Assembly: GCF_964355755.1 (NCBI RefSeq)
Contig: NC_092674.1
Location: forward strand, 4,836,001 to 4,900,000
Reading direction: 5' to 3'
Origin: Antedon mediterranea
Lineage: Eukaryota; Animalia; Echinodermata
DNA: 64,000 nt
In this document: positions 26,159-39,548 of the stretch, one piece after another
Layout of the letters: every line of letters starts with the position of its first letter
Position numbering within the stretch: the stretch's first letter is position 1
The notes under the pieces: generated by a model
The model's input: only the letters and a program-made list of their open reading frames with translations
What the model was told of the DNA's origin: nothing
The model's database searches: none
Position numbers and translations under genes: made by a program

Positions 26159-27252
26159 TATGATGCGTTATGGCGCCGATTGGTCTCCTTTCCAGCCACT
26201 AGATGATTTTGTTGTGTAGCCTAGGGGACCAGTCGTCGTCAGAAGCTGATCGTAAATGTGAGATAGTTGGTGCGCGCCTTCGTCTCTATTCATCTTTGTA
26301 TTTTTATTTTGCTTTCTTATGCTGATGCTTTCTTTAATTTTACGTTTAAGCCAAACTTGTTCTTTGTGTAGTACCTCTATCTTATCCCAGTTAGGTATGT
26401 GGTTGTGTGTGGTCATATGGTCCGTGATTGCTGATTTATGTAAAATGGAGGACGAAACTTTCCGTGATGCACGCGTCTGCATGTTCTGTGTGTTTTCCTC
26501 AACATCTTTCTTGTGCTCTTTAATTCTGGTTTTGAGTGCCCTACCCGTTTCCCCAATGTACACCATCTCACAGCTGGTGCACCCCACTTTGTAGACGACA
26601 CCACAGGAATCCTCTTTGCATGCTTTATCTTTCGGTCGGACGATTAAGTTTTTAATTTTGTTAGATGGTTTAAAGTATGTTCGTATGTTATATATATTTT
26701 TTTTTTAAATGTTCTCTTGATTTTCTCTGACAGGCCTTGAATATATGGGATGGATATCGACCCTCTTATATCTTCTGTTTCGGGTTGTTTGTCCGTTTTT
26801 TGTTTATCTAGGTTACGTTGTACCTTTCTAATCGTCCATGTAGGGTAGTTGCATTGTTTAAGTGAAGTATGTATCATCTCAGTTTCGTTCTGTTTGTCTG
26901 GATTATTTGTGATTATCGTGTTACATCTGTGTAGAAGTGTGCGGATAACGGATAACTTGTGTTGCAGAGGATGATGTGAGTTAAAGTCCAAGTATTGATT
27001 TGTGTGGGTGGCTTTCCTAACTGGGATAAGATAGAGGTACTACACAAAGAACAAGTTTGGCTTAAACGTAAAATTAAAGAAAGCATCAGCATAAGAAAGC
27101 AAAATAAAAATACAAAGATGAATAGAGACGAAGGCGCGCACCAACTATCTCACATTTACGATCAGCTTCTGACGACGACTGGTCCCCTAGGCTACACAAC
27201 AAAATCATCTAGTGGCTGGAAAGGAGACCAATCGGCGCCATAACGCATCATA

Positions 27253-27296
27253 GCAACTGAAGAAGTCAAGCTGACAGCTAGACGAAACTGTCTTGC
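27253..27296 (+). ncRNA. Minimal type I hammerhead ribozyme (Penelope-associated), copy 2
   Basis: GCAA-CTGAAGA-A-GTCAAGCT-gac-AGCTAGAC-GAAAC-T-GTC^TTGC: stem I, core boxes, stem II, vestigial stem III, GUC cleavage triplet. Confidence 0.75.
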
Positions 27297-28983
27297 CAAC
27301 GTAAGTTTTATTGGTTTACTATCAAAGAACTACTTATATTATTATAGAAAATCATGTTTTTTATCTTAATTTCTGTTACAAATATTTGATTTATGTACAG
27401 ATATTAAATTTAAAATTCATGCCTGCACCTGAGTTTTAACGTTATAATAGTGTCGTGCTAATTTGTGGCCCATTTACTTTGTACTTCCCACCATTCTCAC
27501 AGTCACAGGTTTGCATACGATAAGCTAATTATTAATCGTTTTTACTTTAAAGGAGAATTACAAAATGAAAGAAAATAACAAATTTGAAAGTGAACCAATG
27601 TTACACAAAAATGGTAAGATTTAGTATAGCATTATATCATTAATCAGTAGTACTGTAGCCGAAAATAAAATAATCATAGATTTAGAAAAATTATATTTTA
27701 AAATTTTCATTTGGGCTTGCTTAATAATAAGTAGAAATAAAAATAATTGTTAGTACAGATTTTAAATGATGAATTTAAACATTTTCAATTGTGTTTGCAG
27801 AAACTCATACTTTACTGCCGATTCGTTATATAATTGTGTTCATGTGCTTTATGGCCGTCACACTGAACTATGCTACGCGAATGACCTTAAGTGTTGCCAT
27901 GTTCTGGCCATGGTACCAAAAGATAGCATGAATTTAACATCATCTAATGTATCTATGACATCAGATACAAGTAAACATTTGGTAAGTACAACTATAATAA
28001 TCTTTAAAATACAACACCGTGCATCTTTTAGATTATTACAAAGAAGTAGGCCTATATCGTGAGAGACGCAACACAAGGACATAACGCATAACGCAGGTAG
28101 TTGACCAATCACAAGCGAAGACTTATTTGAACTGTCGCTTGTCATTGGTAAACACGCTTTTGCGTTGCGACCTAGTTGGAACCAAGATTTAGTCTTCCTA
28201 AACCATTATTGACAAACCTTTAATGAGGTAAATCTTTGTCGGATTTTAATTATTACAGAAATAATAATAATGGTAGTGTTATATAGCGCCTAATACTATG
28301 TTTTTAAGCGCTTTACATATACAAACATGATCTATAAAATATCCTAAGATAACCACAAACAAAATTAATAGCAGATGAACCATTTACACCGCTCCATAAT
28401 CCAGCACATCTCCGGAACAATATTTTGCAAGCTGTGAAATTTTGAGTGTAAATCCCTTTAACAAAACTTGTTTACATGGAATTATAATTTTGGAAAGTGT
28501 TTGAATTAGTTTGTGATTAATTTTCGACGTCAATTGTAAGAAACATAATTCAGTACAAAAAGTATGGTCAGATTAACTTCTACCGTATATGAAGGAAATA
28601 AAATAACATTATGTCATTTTGCTCCATACAGACGTTTAATTGGAGTCTTGAAACTCAACAATTTATTCTTGGTTCTTTGTATTATGGTAATACCATTACA
28701 CCCTTTTTCGCCGGTTGGTTGGTTGGAATATTTGGTGGCTCACCCATTATTCTACTGGGAACCTTGTTGATGTCTTTGATGATGTTATTGACGCCAGTAG
28801 CTGCAGAAGTAGGAGTTTGGTTATTGGTAATAACTAGAATCGTTGATGGAATGGGACAGGTAATTTTTAGTTTAGAATGTCTAGGCCAAAACTCCCTGAA
28901 TCACTAGCATTTTACCCGCCCGCTCCTCAGACACTATGCCATTATTATATTTTAAAAGTTTATTATTACGCCATGGATAACCT

Positions 28984-29015
<32 letters not shown>

Positions 29016-29719
29016 TAGTGCAATATCAATATTTTACCAGTTGGTTTCTATATCTTTTCTATATACTCTTAAAATATCTTTTTTACTAGGGATTTGTTTA
29101 TCCGGCGACATTTAACCTTATTACTAACTGGTCGAAGTTGAATGAACGTAGTACATTTATATCAATTTCTGCCTCAGGTACCTATTTTTTTTTTTTATTA
29201 ATAGGCAAGTTTTATTTTTTAATAAATAGGCATATTTTGTTAAAATGAGGTATGGACCGGGTTTTGAATTCCGATGTCGGAAAATTATTATAGAAAGAAT
29301 AGAAATCGAAAATCATCAAATAAGCGTCACAGCCACTATTTATATCGAACGAACTTGTTTATATTTAAAGGACTTGGTTTTGGTCCAGTATTGGCGAGTT
29401 ATATATCTGCCTCACTTTGTTCAACTGATTTCTTAGGAGGATGGCCATCTACATTTTATCTATTTGGTAAGAAAACTCATATGCCTGGAAAATACCATTG
29501 GTAGAAACATACCATTAAGCCTTTGTGTGCAAACTCCAAGTTCGCCAAAAAGTTTTCCGAAGTTTGCTAGTGTAGACTAGTTGACAAACTGCTGAAAACA
29601 GAAGAAGCAGAAGCCTAATATTATATTTATTTCCCCCAGAGAATATAATATATACAGCAAAACAAATAAATATAAACACAATATATAAATATAAAAAAGC
29701 TTTATTGAGGAGCTGATAG

Positions 29720-31914
29720 CAGTGGGACAGCCAGTCGACAAATCGTGTCAAATTTCGACTCGGAGAGGGCGCCCTACTTTTCTAATTTAGTCCAAAATTG
29801 CTAAATTTTAGGGTGTTGGAAAAACACAATATTTGTAAATTTAGCTGATTATCGGAAAAATATTGTTAGTGAAATAAATTCATAAATGGTTTTAATATAT
29901 TGTCATGTAAAATTAAATTAAATGTATTTGAACAAAACGATAATCTGTAATTTAACGGCAAAATCAACCAATGTCTTTTTTTCGAAAATGTACCCTAGAA
30001 AATCATTAAAATAAAATATTTAGATAAATTGAACAGTCCTGAATTTAAAATCCCTGTTAGAAAAATTAATAATCTACAGAATACGATATTAAGATACAAA
30101 ATTCGGTGGTTGGGATGCAGCTCCGACTATTCAAACTAAAGGTACCACTATTTGTTCCATCAAAAACTAGCGAAACCGCCATTTTGTAAACACATCGTCA
30201 TCGTGTTTATGAATTTATTTATATCGAACGATATAATTGTCCGCGTATAAGAATTCATATAAATAAATACATTCCAATACAACGTATATTATTACTTGTT
30301 TATTTATCACAGTATACATTTTAGTTGAGGAATATTTATCATAACTATTATAATAGCTTTTATACGAGTCCGAGGCCTAGCCCTATTAGCGACCGATTGT
30401 TCCAGGGGCGGAAAGTCACTTAGTGACGTTGTGATCGGGCGCGTCGGGCCTAGCTAATATTAATAATATGACCTGAAATAAGCGGCTAACAAGAACTGTT
30501 ATATACTTGCTTACAATTGTTTTGTTATTGATGAACAAACAAGCAATTAGATTGAATAACAAATTATTTATTCATTTTTTTTTGGGTAAAAACATGTACA
30601 AACTACTACTAGTACTGTAGGCCTATAATATAAATTATAATATTTATAGTAATTATTAAACTAATACAGTATTAATAAAATATAAAATAGGCCTAACATA
30701 CAATAAATATTCAATTTTTAAGGTCTACCACATGACAATAACATAATTTACAGAGTATAGTGTAGTACGTTTGCATTCAACATAAATATTTGTATTGTAA
30801 TTCATCTAAATCCTCTGCAACATACATATATATTTGTAATTCAACATTTTGTTTTAAATAATTAAATTATAGTTTGGGTATGACAATGTCGGTAGGTACC
30901 GGTGTCATCTTTTTATCCACTTCACTCTCAGTTTGAAGTCACAAAGACAAAGAACTCTGCATCATCAACGATTCCTGAAAGTGTCAGAAAAAATAATAAA
31001 TATTATTTAAAAAAAATGTTAATGTCTGGTTGTACTGTATATATAATTATAATATTATATGATGACATAAAAGTAAGGCAAATGGAAGCTGTATTTTATT
31101 AATTAAATTACAGTATTTACTATTATTATTTATATAATCTAGGCCTACTAGTACTAGAGTAGCCTGCTAGGCATCTATTGAGCCTAATAAATCAAATAAT
31201 AAATGAAAAATAAAATAATAATATTAATAATACTGATTGAAAAAAAAGTATTTTTTTTTGCGGGGATCAGATCACCAGGCTAGGCCGGCCAGGACCAATG
31301 ATACTCGTAATCAGTACAACTTATAACGACTATCGGATCAGCATCAACACAGTACAACACACGTCTCGCTATCGCCTATACTGACACACGTGTCTCGCGT
31401 TGCCGAAACCACGCTCACAGCTAGAAAATGTACCTACCTTTCGAGGCCTGAGAATACACCAACAAATTTTGAACAGGATAGAAATATATCATACTCGATT
31501 AAACTAATATTATTCTTGATAAAACAATTGATTATAATTTTTTTAATTTGTTGGGATGCACCTCCGACTATTCAGAAAATGGACAACAAAACAGTAGTCA
31601 AATCGTACCACATTTATAAATTTCACGAGTCCCGACTTCAGTCGCCGAATGTATTGTATTAGCTTCGGTTTCTTTGAAGGAAACCGATTGGTTATTCAAT
31701 AATACTTATTAGGAAATGCTTTTACCATAATAGGTAATGTTGGGCGGTTCTTAAATATTCATGAGAGCTTAAAATAAAACAGCACTTATTTGCTAGGCGA
31801 CGAAAAATCGTGGTTTCAGTTTTCAACGATAGGTGGCGCTTCAAAATCGTCAATGCGGAAGTAAGTCGATTTTACACGATTTAACGGTCAAAACGCGAAG
31901 TGGCTTTCCCACTG
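29720..31914. mobile_element. Non-autonomous DNA transposon, 14-bp TIR, 4-bp TSD, superfamily unassigned
   Basis: CAGTGGGACAGCCA / TGGCTTTCCCACTG, flanked by ATAG; absent from copy B (~44650). Confidence 0.8.
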
Positions 31915-32890
31915 ATAGGAGGGAAGGAGGGCATACCAAAAGGGAGTTTTCATACAATAAACAAAGCAGCACCAAATCAGCAAAAACAAAAATAATCAAA
32001 TTAAACTAAAACAAAAACCATAGGCAATACAATTTAAGCTTTACAAACAGTAATTTTTTTAATTTCTACTACATTTACCATTTCGGATTGATGGGGAAAG
32101 AGCGTTCCAATCACCAGTGATTCTATGACAAAAGGAATATGTAGGCCTAAGTCCATTGCATCTTCAATTTCTATTACAGTAGGATATTTCTTACAAACGA
32201 ATACAATAGCCAACTTTATTTCGGAAACAAACAATTTGCTAAATGTTTCTAGTGTAGATTAGGCTTAAAAGGAAAAAATATATTCTTCTATGAAACACGG
32301 TTTTCAAGAAAGTTGTGTATACCGAGGCGAATTAATAATGGCAATGGATAGCCAAACGTGATTGTAAACTCGTAGACTAACGAATTATATACAATGTCGT
32401 CTTCCTACGTTGTCATTCATGTTGTCCTTTAAAGCTGATATGGACTTCTTTGCATTGGAATTAAATTATCATTTTTATTTTAGGTGTAGTTGGTATGTTG
32501 TGGTGTATTGGCTGGTGTATTGTGGGATCGACTGACGTAAACAGTAACAGGTGGATATCAACGATTGAAAGAGATTCTATATTATTTTCTCAAACTGAAG
32601 AAATAAAAAATGTAAAGAAAGCCCGAATTTTATAATAGCATCCTAGCTTATGAACATTTGTTATAGCGAATCCGAAGTATAACATTTATATACAAAAAAA
32701 TGGGTTGAATGCTTGTATCCTTATATTAGGCAAACCACTTTACTTACCGGTACTTTCACCTTGCCCCAGGTGTACAAATGGGTACATAGTAAGGTCAAGA
32801 CACAAGTTTGCGTTATTATTATTAACTGGTATGGGAGTATATTTCCAAACGTCTTTAAGCACAAAAATGTATAATAATAATTATATACAA

Positions 32891-34214
32891 CTAGAGGGTG
32901 AGCTCGCTTCGCTCGCTCCCCCTCTAGGAAGTGTAGACGATGGTTCTCGGAATGATAATGTTCTCCTTATACATTTTCTGTCGGTTACCATTATTGAAAA
33001 TGCTTGACATTCGTAAAACTGAACTACTTTGTTTCACAGTGTTTTAGATGATTAATAACATTTTAAAGTATAGTTTTTATTGTTTGGTAGGGCCCTTTGG
33101 GGAGGCGGAGGTCATTTGAGGGAGGTGCTTATTCGAGGGATATATGTTAAATTTTTTAGTTCTAATAATATGGTAACATTTATAATCAAATGAAATCCTC
33201 TCATAGATATGAAAAGTGGTAAAAAAGAATAACAAATGCTTGGTAAATTGCAGATAACAGTGCGGTGAATTCTACTACAAATAGTATAATTGTGTTATTA
33301 TAAATATGTGGATGGACGTTTATTAGATAGTTAGGTTGTGGGGGTGGGGGGGGGGGGGTTATTATTCAAAGTGATGTTTTATTGGAGAGGCGTTTATTCA
33401 AATGAATACCATCCTAATAATTATTAATACATTATTTAATTTAATCATCTTTTGAAACTAACTGCCGTGACAGAGTGGGCCCAAGAAAGAAGACATTACG
33501 GCTTGCAACATGGGCAGACATCTCGGTCCTAACGGGACACAGGAAGATAGCCTACAGTTATTCCTGCAAGCTTCCTCAATAAAACTCAGCTATCGGGATT
33601 TCACTCGAAAAATGTCTTATCAAATCTCCCTATGTAATTTTATAATACTATTCCCCACAATATATTCTGATTCTTTATGGCGTATATTTAATTTGATCTT
33701 TATTAATTTGCAGTATAATTCCTATTATTTAACTACTGTACCTTCACACACGTGTGGTATGTTTTAAAATAAACAAAAAACTGAAATGGCTATGATTAAT
33801 GGCCAATTTTTTTTTTCGTCTTCCAAAGGGACACTGTATTGATTGATGGAAAGTGCCTGTTTCACCTTTAGGGTCAAATCTATTATTTTAACTGCTCCCT
33901 TGTGTATAAAAGAGAGAAAATATTTGAAACTAAGGTGAACTTATCTTAAACCCGGAAATTACTTTGACCGGGAAGAATTGAAATTGAGAGGAAAATCCAA
34001 TGTTGAAATCATAAATGTTGTTAAAAAACTCTTTATAATATCTTCCTAAGATATAAATATGGAACAATAGCGTCGGCGTGCACACTAATGTTATCAAATC
34101 TACGTTTCGCGGTACATCTCGGATAGATAAGGTAGGTATCCAAGGCGGAGATTTGTACCGAAGTTTTTGCATTGTGCTCGCCTATGTCAGAATTAACCAT
34201 AATTTATATATAGA
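32891..34214 (-). mobile_element. Non-autonomous Helitron
   Basis: Minus strand 5'-TCTATATAT...GC-rich hairpin (GAGGGGGAGCGAGCGAAGCGAGCTCACCCT)-CTAG-3', inserted between A and T with no TSD; exact empty site atacaa|tacttc at 45606 in copy B. Confidence 0.9.
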
Positions 34215-34508
34215 TACTTCGAAGTTTCGCAACATTTTAGGTGCTTTATAAATCCAGGATATTATTATTTTATTTAATATTTTTATTTCTCAGGCAAGCC
34301 AGTATGAAGTACCGTGGAAAAAGATCGCACATTCACCAGTTGTTTGGACACTGTGCTTTTGCACCATTGGCTTCAATTTCGGATTTTTTTTTCTATTAAC
34401 AGAGCTTCCGATATTTTTTGAAACGATTTTAGGATTTGAACTAAAAATGGTAATTGAGTACATAATATTAATCATTAACTAATTGTTCATTGGTGTTTCA
34501 GTTTTAAA

Positions 34509-34786
34509 GCTACTTTCACATCACGCCCCGATTCGGTCCGTCGCCCTGAGAAAAATATCGCGAGCGTTGAAGGTGTTTTCACACCTAGCACGTTGTCATC
34601 CGAGGTCATTCATGCTCACTGTTGATTGGTCAAAAGAAAAAAAAATCGTACGTCTTCAGTAAACAAGTGGATTCTTGAATAATCGCACCTGAGTCCGGGT
34701 TCGGTACGAATTTGGTGTGAACGATATTTGTCACGATATGTTTCTCAGGGCACCGGACTAAATTCGGGCGCGATATGAAAGCAGCT
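34509..34786. mobile_element. Harbinger-type MITE family 3 (duplicated at ~45900-46177)
   Basis: TIRs AGCTACTTTCACATCACGCCC / GGGCGCGATATGAAAGCAGCT; present in both A and B, so it predates the duplication. Confidence 0.65.
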
Positions 34787-36964
34787 GCAGCTTAATATCC
34801 CATATACATTTTTGTTTATTTTTAATAATTGTTATTATTTATTTGATTAGAGGTTACAAAGAGAGGTTTATTTTAAAGTTTAACTATTAATTTTAATACT
34901 GATGAAGTGTAATGGTATTGATATAATTTGTAATAATTTATCCTTCAGATCTAAGATTGTAAAGTTGTTTAATGTTTATAATTGTATTCTTTGTTCTGTT
35001 TTAGTGGAGTGTTTATCTCTGTTAACTGTGCATGAATAGTATTTATTTGTGTTTTTTTAATCTCCTCTTCAGACCGGTTTATTAAGCACCATACCTCATT
35101 TTGTATTCTTTGTTGCTATGTTATTTGGAGGAGTTCTTGCTGACGCCTTGATATTTCATAAAATATTAACTGCTATTTCCACACGGAAGTTATTAGCCTG
35201 TTGTGGTAAGAAATATAATATTTCAAGAAGTTTAAAATGATCTATAAGCATATATCCTACCGTATATTATTGCACATGCGCAGTAGTGAAAATACATATT
35301 TTATCATTATTTAGTTCTGATGTAATTTTGTCTTTATCTAGCTCTTGGCATTTCACCAATGTTCCTAGTGTCCATTGGTTACGTTGCTAACAATGAAACA
35401 CTGGCTGTCGTTTTAATGATTTGTGTGTTTGGTATGTGCCCGTTTTATATTCCATCAGTTGAGGCGAGTGTACTGGATATTGCGCCTAATCATTCCGGGT
35501 TATTAATTGGAATTATGTCGTCAGCATCACATGTGTGTGGATTCATTGCCCCAGCTATTGTAGGGATTTTAACTAGAAATTGTGTAAGTATTTAATTATT
35601 ATGTAATGCGTGATTGGAATAAACAGACAGAGGTTTATTCCATAAATATTTCTGCTTATGTGTTTATTATTTTCAGAACACAATTTATCAATGGAGGAAA
35701 ATGTTTTGGATTACAGCAGGGGTACAAGTGTTTGGATTAGTGACTTTTATGATCTTTGGTACTAGTGAGGTTCAAGAATGGTCCAAACTTGACAAATCCG
35801 ACACTGATGAAGTGGTTCCTTGTATTGAGTCGGAAAAGGAAAGATGATTATATAGTTGTAAAGAAGCGGTGAAAACCCTCTTGCAAGATTATGAGTCAGC
35901 TGCAGAATGTAATTTCAAAGATTTTCCTTGCCGAACGGATCGGAAGTTTTTTGGTAGAAAAGATCTTAGATTTAAGAACAATTAAAGCAAACTTAAGCAA
36001 ATAATTGTTATGATTTTAATCAGATGTTTATCGCTTGTATTCCTTTTTGTGTGTTTTTATTGACTGAGTAAATTGACTTCTAAAATGAACCAACGCGATC
36101 ATTGGTACGTCGTGCTCGTTTAAATGATGATTTTGTATGCACGCACGCGTAAATTGATGATCTTTGACCCACCAAATTCAATCGTTGAGTGAACAATGAT
36201 GTTATTTTATTTAACTGATTAGTGGTGGAGAAATAAGTACTGTATAGATAAATAGACTTACTGAATAAATCAACTTTCTAAAGATTTTAAATCGTTCCAC
36301 TTTGTATAATATTAAGGCTGTGATGCATGACAATAATAGGCCTATAGTACAGCAGATTATGAATAAAAAGTAGAATACATACAGAGTCAGTGAGGTGTAA
36401 AGTTTAAGATTCGATATAGACCTCAGACCTACAGTATATAGTATTATTCACGATTAATTCGTTTGATTTCGAAAGACGGACATATCGGTACCTAAGCCAG
36501 AAAGTCTTATCAAGGTAAATATGTTTGATAGATCTCTTCTTATAACTGGTTTCTCGATGTCTTATTCAGGGTCTCTGAGTGCTTCATTAGGCCTACCATT
36601 TTTGTTGTTCAGTGGGAATGTATTTAACCAGAATAGTACTTTGACGGCGATGGTGGTTAGGTTGTTGGTTCATAAATTACACATTTTATAGCCACAACCC
36701 TCAAGCACAAAATACAACTGTTGAGGATCTTTAAGGTTTGTTTTTTTTCCTGAACATTTAATTCAACGTATGTTGTAATTATGTTTTTATCATGTTTACC
36801 ACCAAAATTTAGAGTGAGAATCAATATCATAAGGAAAAATTGTTTCTATACTATTTAAATGAGGTAATAATTAGCATAATAAAGAACGAGGTATGTTTTT
36901 CTCATCGATAATGTTGGCTATTATAAGCACTTTCTTATCAGTGAGGGGGGGATAGTTGAAATTA

Positions 36965-39548
36965 ATAATAAATGAAAACTTATATAGCGCCGGTATCCTC
37001 CACCCATGTGGCGCTCATGGCGCTTTGTGCATTAACAACGTGCGAGAACATCAGCGAATAGCGACGTCTTTAGGTTGGTCTTGAAACTGTTTAGACTAGT
37101 TGAGCATTTAACTGTTGCTGGTAAGCTGTTCCATACACTTGCGGCCGCAACGTAAAAAGATCTCTGACCCCACTGATTTTTCGCTCTACGCTCTTGAAGA
37201 AGGTTTTGTGACAATGATCGTAGGCCTCTGCGGGATGATTCGTAACGATCCACAAGGTCAGATAAATAAGCAGGAGCACTGTCATTTAGGATCTTGAATA
37301 CAAACAACGCAAGTTTGTACTTAATACGTTGTTGAACAGGCAACCAATGCAAATCCATCAGGACAGGAGTTATGTGAGCGTTTGATTTTGTATTAGTTAC
37401 AATTCTAGCTGCCATATTTTGCAAGCGCTGCAAACGTTGTATTTGAGATTTTGGTATGCCAAACAACAAGGCATTACCAATGTCAATTTTAGAAGTGACA
37501 AATGAGTGTACAATCAATTCAGCTGTTTTCTTGTTAAGATTACCGCGAATACGACCAAGGTTCCTAATCGATATGCATGCTGCTTTGGATACAGTTGTTA
37601 TTTGTGCTTCCATAGTGAGATTACTATCCAGCATGATTCCCAGATTCCGGACCACCGATGAGGGAGCGATGTTAGAGTTTCCGATTCTGATATGTGTGAT
37701 GTTGATTTTGGAGATGTTACATTTAGACCCGACGATAATAAACTCTGTCTTTCCATCATTCAACTTTAGGTAATTTGTTGTCATCCAATTGCGAACATCT
37801 TCTATACAGGCTTCCATCTTACTGATTGCTGCAGCAACATCCCTTTGCACTGGATTTACTGACACATAAATCTGTGTATCATCTGCATAGAAATGGAAAT
37901 GTAGACTGTGTTTGCGAATAATGTCACCAAGGGGAAGCGTATAAATGGAAAACTGGCCAGGCCCAATTACTGACCCCTGTGGTACACCATATTCCAGGCA
38001 AGCTTCATCTGAGAATGCATCATTGATACAGACTAGCTGACGTCTTCCTGTAAGATATGACTGGAACCAGTTAAGAGCAACACCATTTATGCCAATGCGA
38101 TTTCTCAGACGGGTTATCAGTCTTTGGTGATCAACTGTATCAAACGCTGCTGACAAATCCAACAACACCAATAGCGTTATTTTCCCATCATTCATTCCTT
38201 GTAACAAATCATTCTGTACCTTTAAAAGGGAACTCTCCGTGCTATGACATGCACGATATGCCGACTGGTAATTCTCATTTAAATTATGCTTTTGAAGATA
38301 TGGAGTAATGCGTGATGTCACTACACGCTCCAGAGTCTTTCCAAGAAAAGAAAGATTCGACACCGGGCGGTAATTTTTCAGCGTGTTATGATCCAAGTTT
38401 TGCTTTTTTATTAAAGGACGAACGTGAGCAATTTTCAGTTCATCTGGCACTATGCCGGTATTAAGAGAATGGTTAATGATTTCCGTTATTATTGGAACGA
38501 CTGCGTCGATACACTTCTTCAGTATAGAAGTAGGAACTGGATCTAACCTGCATGATTTTGTTGGTGATTTCATCAGAATGTTGCGGATCTCATCTTGAGA
38601 TGCTGGTGTAAATGTTGTGAGATGCTGATGAACAGCTGTCACAGGCTCATTAAATGACATGTCATCAATCTTGAAGTCGTCTCTGATGATCTTGATCTTG
38701 TCTGTGAAAAACTGACAGAACCTGTTCGCAAGATCTAAGTCAGAAAGACTATCTAGGAGAGGTGATACCTGGCGATGATGAAGGAGTTGGTTAACAATTT
38801 TAAAAAGTCCTTTCTGATCTGCTGCATGTTCTTCACACAAGCCAATGTAGTAGTTGGCCTTTGCCTTTCTTACCATGGAATTTACATTCCTCTTCTGTGC
38901 AATGTAAGCTTGACGATCTATTTCCAGATGAGAGATTCTCCATTTCTTTTCAAGCTTACGCTTTGTTCTTTTCTCAGCATAGATGTCACTGTTATACCAA
39001 CTAGTGTTTGGTCGGACCTTTACTGTTCTCTTTTTCGGTGGTGCGTGTTTGTCAAGAAGTTCACTCAAAGTGGTGACATATAGTCGTACTTTACTTGATA
39101 AATCAAGATTTGAGAGCGAAGTTCCGAGATCAGACTGTGTGATATCTTTACATAATGTCTCAAAATTTATAGCATTCCAATGACGAGTTTCGATGGATTT
39201 AGTGATTACGGGTGGCTTCTTGATAAGGAGATTACATGTGATTGCATAGTGATCTGATATACCATCAATGACATTAAGGTTTGAGAAAACAGGAGGATCA
39301 GATGAACGAGTGATCAGCAAGTCTAATGTATGACCATGTCGGTGTGTAGGTGTAGACACATGCTGTTGAAGACTGCTTGCTACAAGTAGATTCCGAAAAT
39401 GAATTGCATCTGCATCATTTGGCATATCCACATGGATGTTAAAGTCTCCAACGAATAGTATGGGAGCCGGCTTCAATACATAGTGATCAACCAAAGTTGA
39501 GAATTCTTCAGTGAAAACATTTAGACTGCAACCCGTTGATTTGCTTTG
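36965..39548 (-). mobile_element. Young 5'-truncated L2-clade LINE, uninterrupted ORF2 (C-half of APE endonuclease + RT)
   Basis: GDFN, GHTLDL, SDH, NYRPVSNL, GVPQGS, YADD, HITPVLMDLHWLP motifs in the 37032-39596 ORF; 3' GGCGCTATATAAG plus (TTA)n tail. Empty site gttgaaatta-caa-agtaaaatc at 25721-25742 shows no TSD and a 3-bp target loss. Confidence 0.95.

Larger units (their letters stand above)
26039..27346 (-). mobile_element. 5'-truncated Penelope-like element (RT C-terminus + GIY-YIG endonuclease, frameshifted) with inverted 3'-end copy (27016-27346, +)
   Basis: RKATHTNQYLDFNSHHPLQHKLSVIRTL, IPYIQGLSEKI, GVVYK..CTSCEMVYIGETGRALKTRIKEH, KESISIRK..MNRDEG; ~330-bp inverted repeat; absent at the paralogous site ~39670-39690. 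Confidence 0.93.
27565..35847 (+). pseudogene. SLC17/sialin-like transporter copy A (10 exons: 27565-27613, 27801-27981, 28632-28859, 29090-29177, 29371-29466, 32484-32611, 34294-34449, 35073-35205, 35342-35583, 35677-35847), frameshifted in exon 2
   Basis: SLC17 motifs (NYATRMTLSVAM, FNWSLETQQFILGSLYYG, WSKLNERS, GGWPSTFYLFG, LDIAPNHSG, QWRKMF, SEVQEW). A 2-bp insertion at ~27903 relative to copy B gives TGA at 27929-27931. Confidence 0.85.

Noticed and set aside
26995-27243. Independent 82-aa gene
   Set aside because: Inverted duplicate of the Penelope endonuclease C-terminus with no real start.
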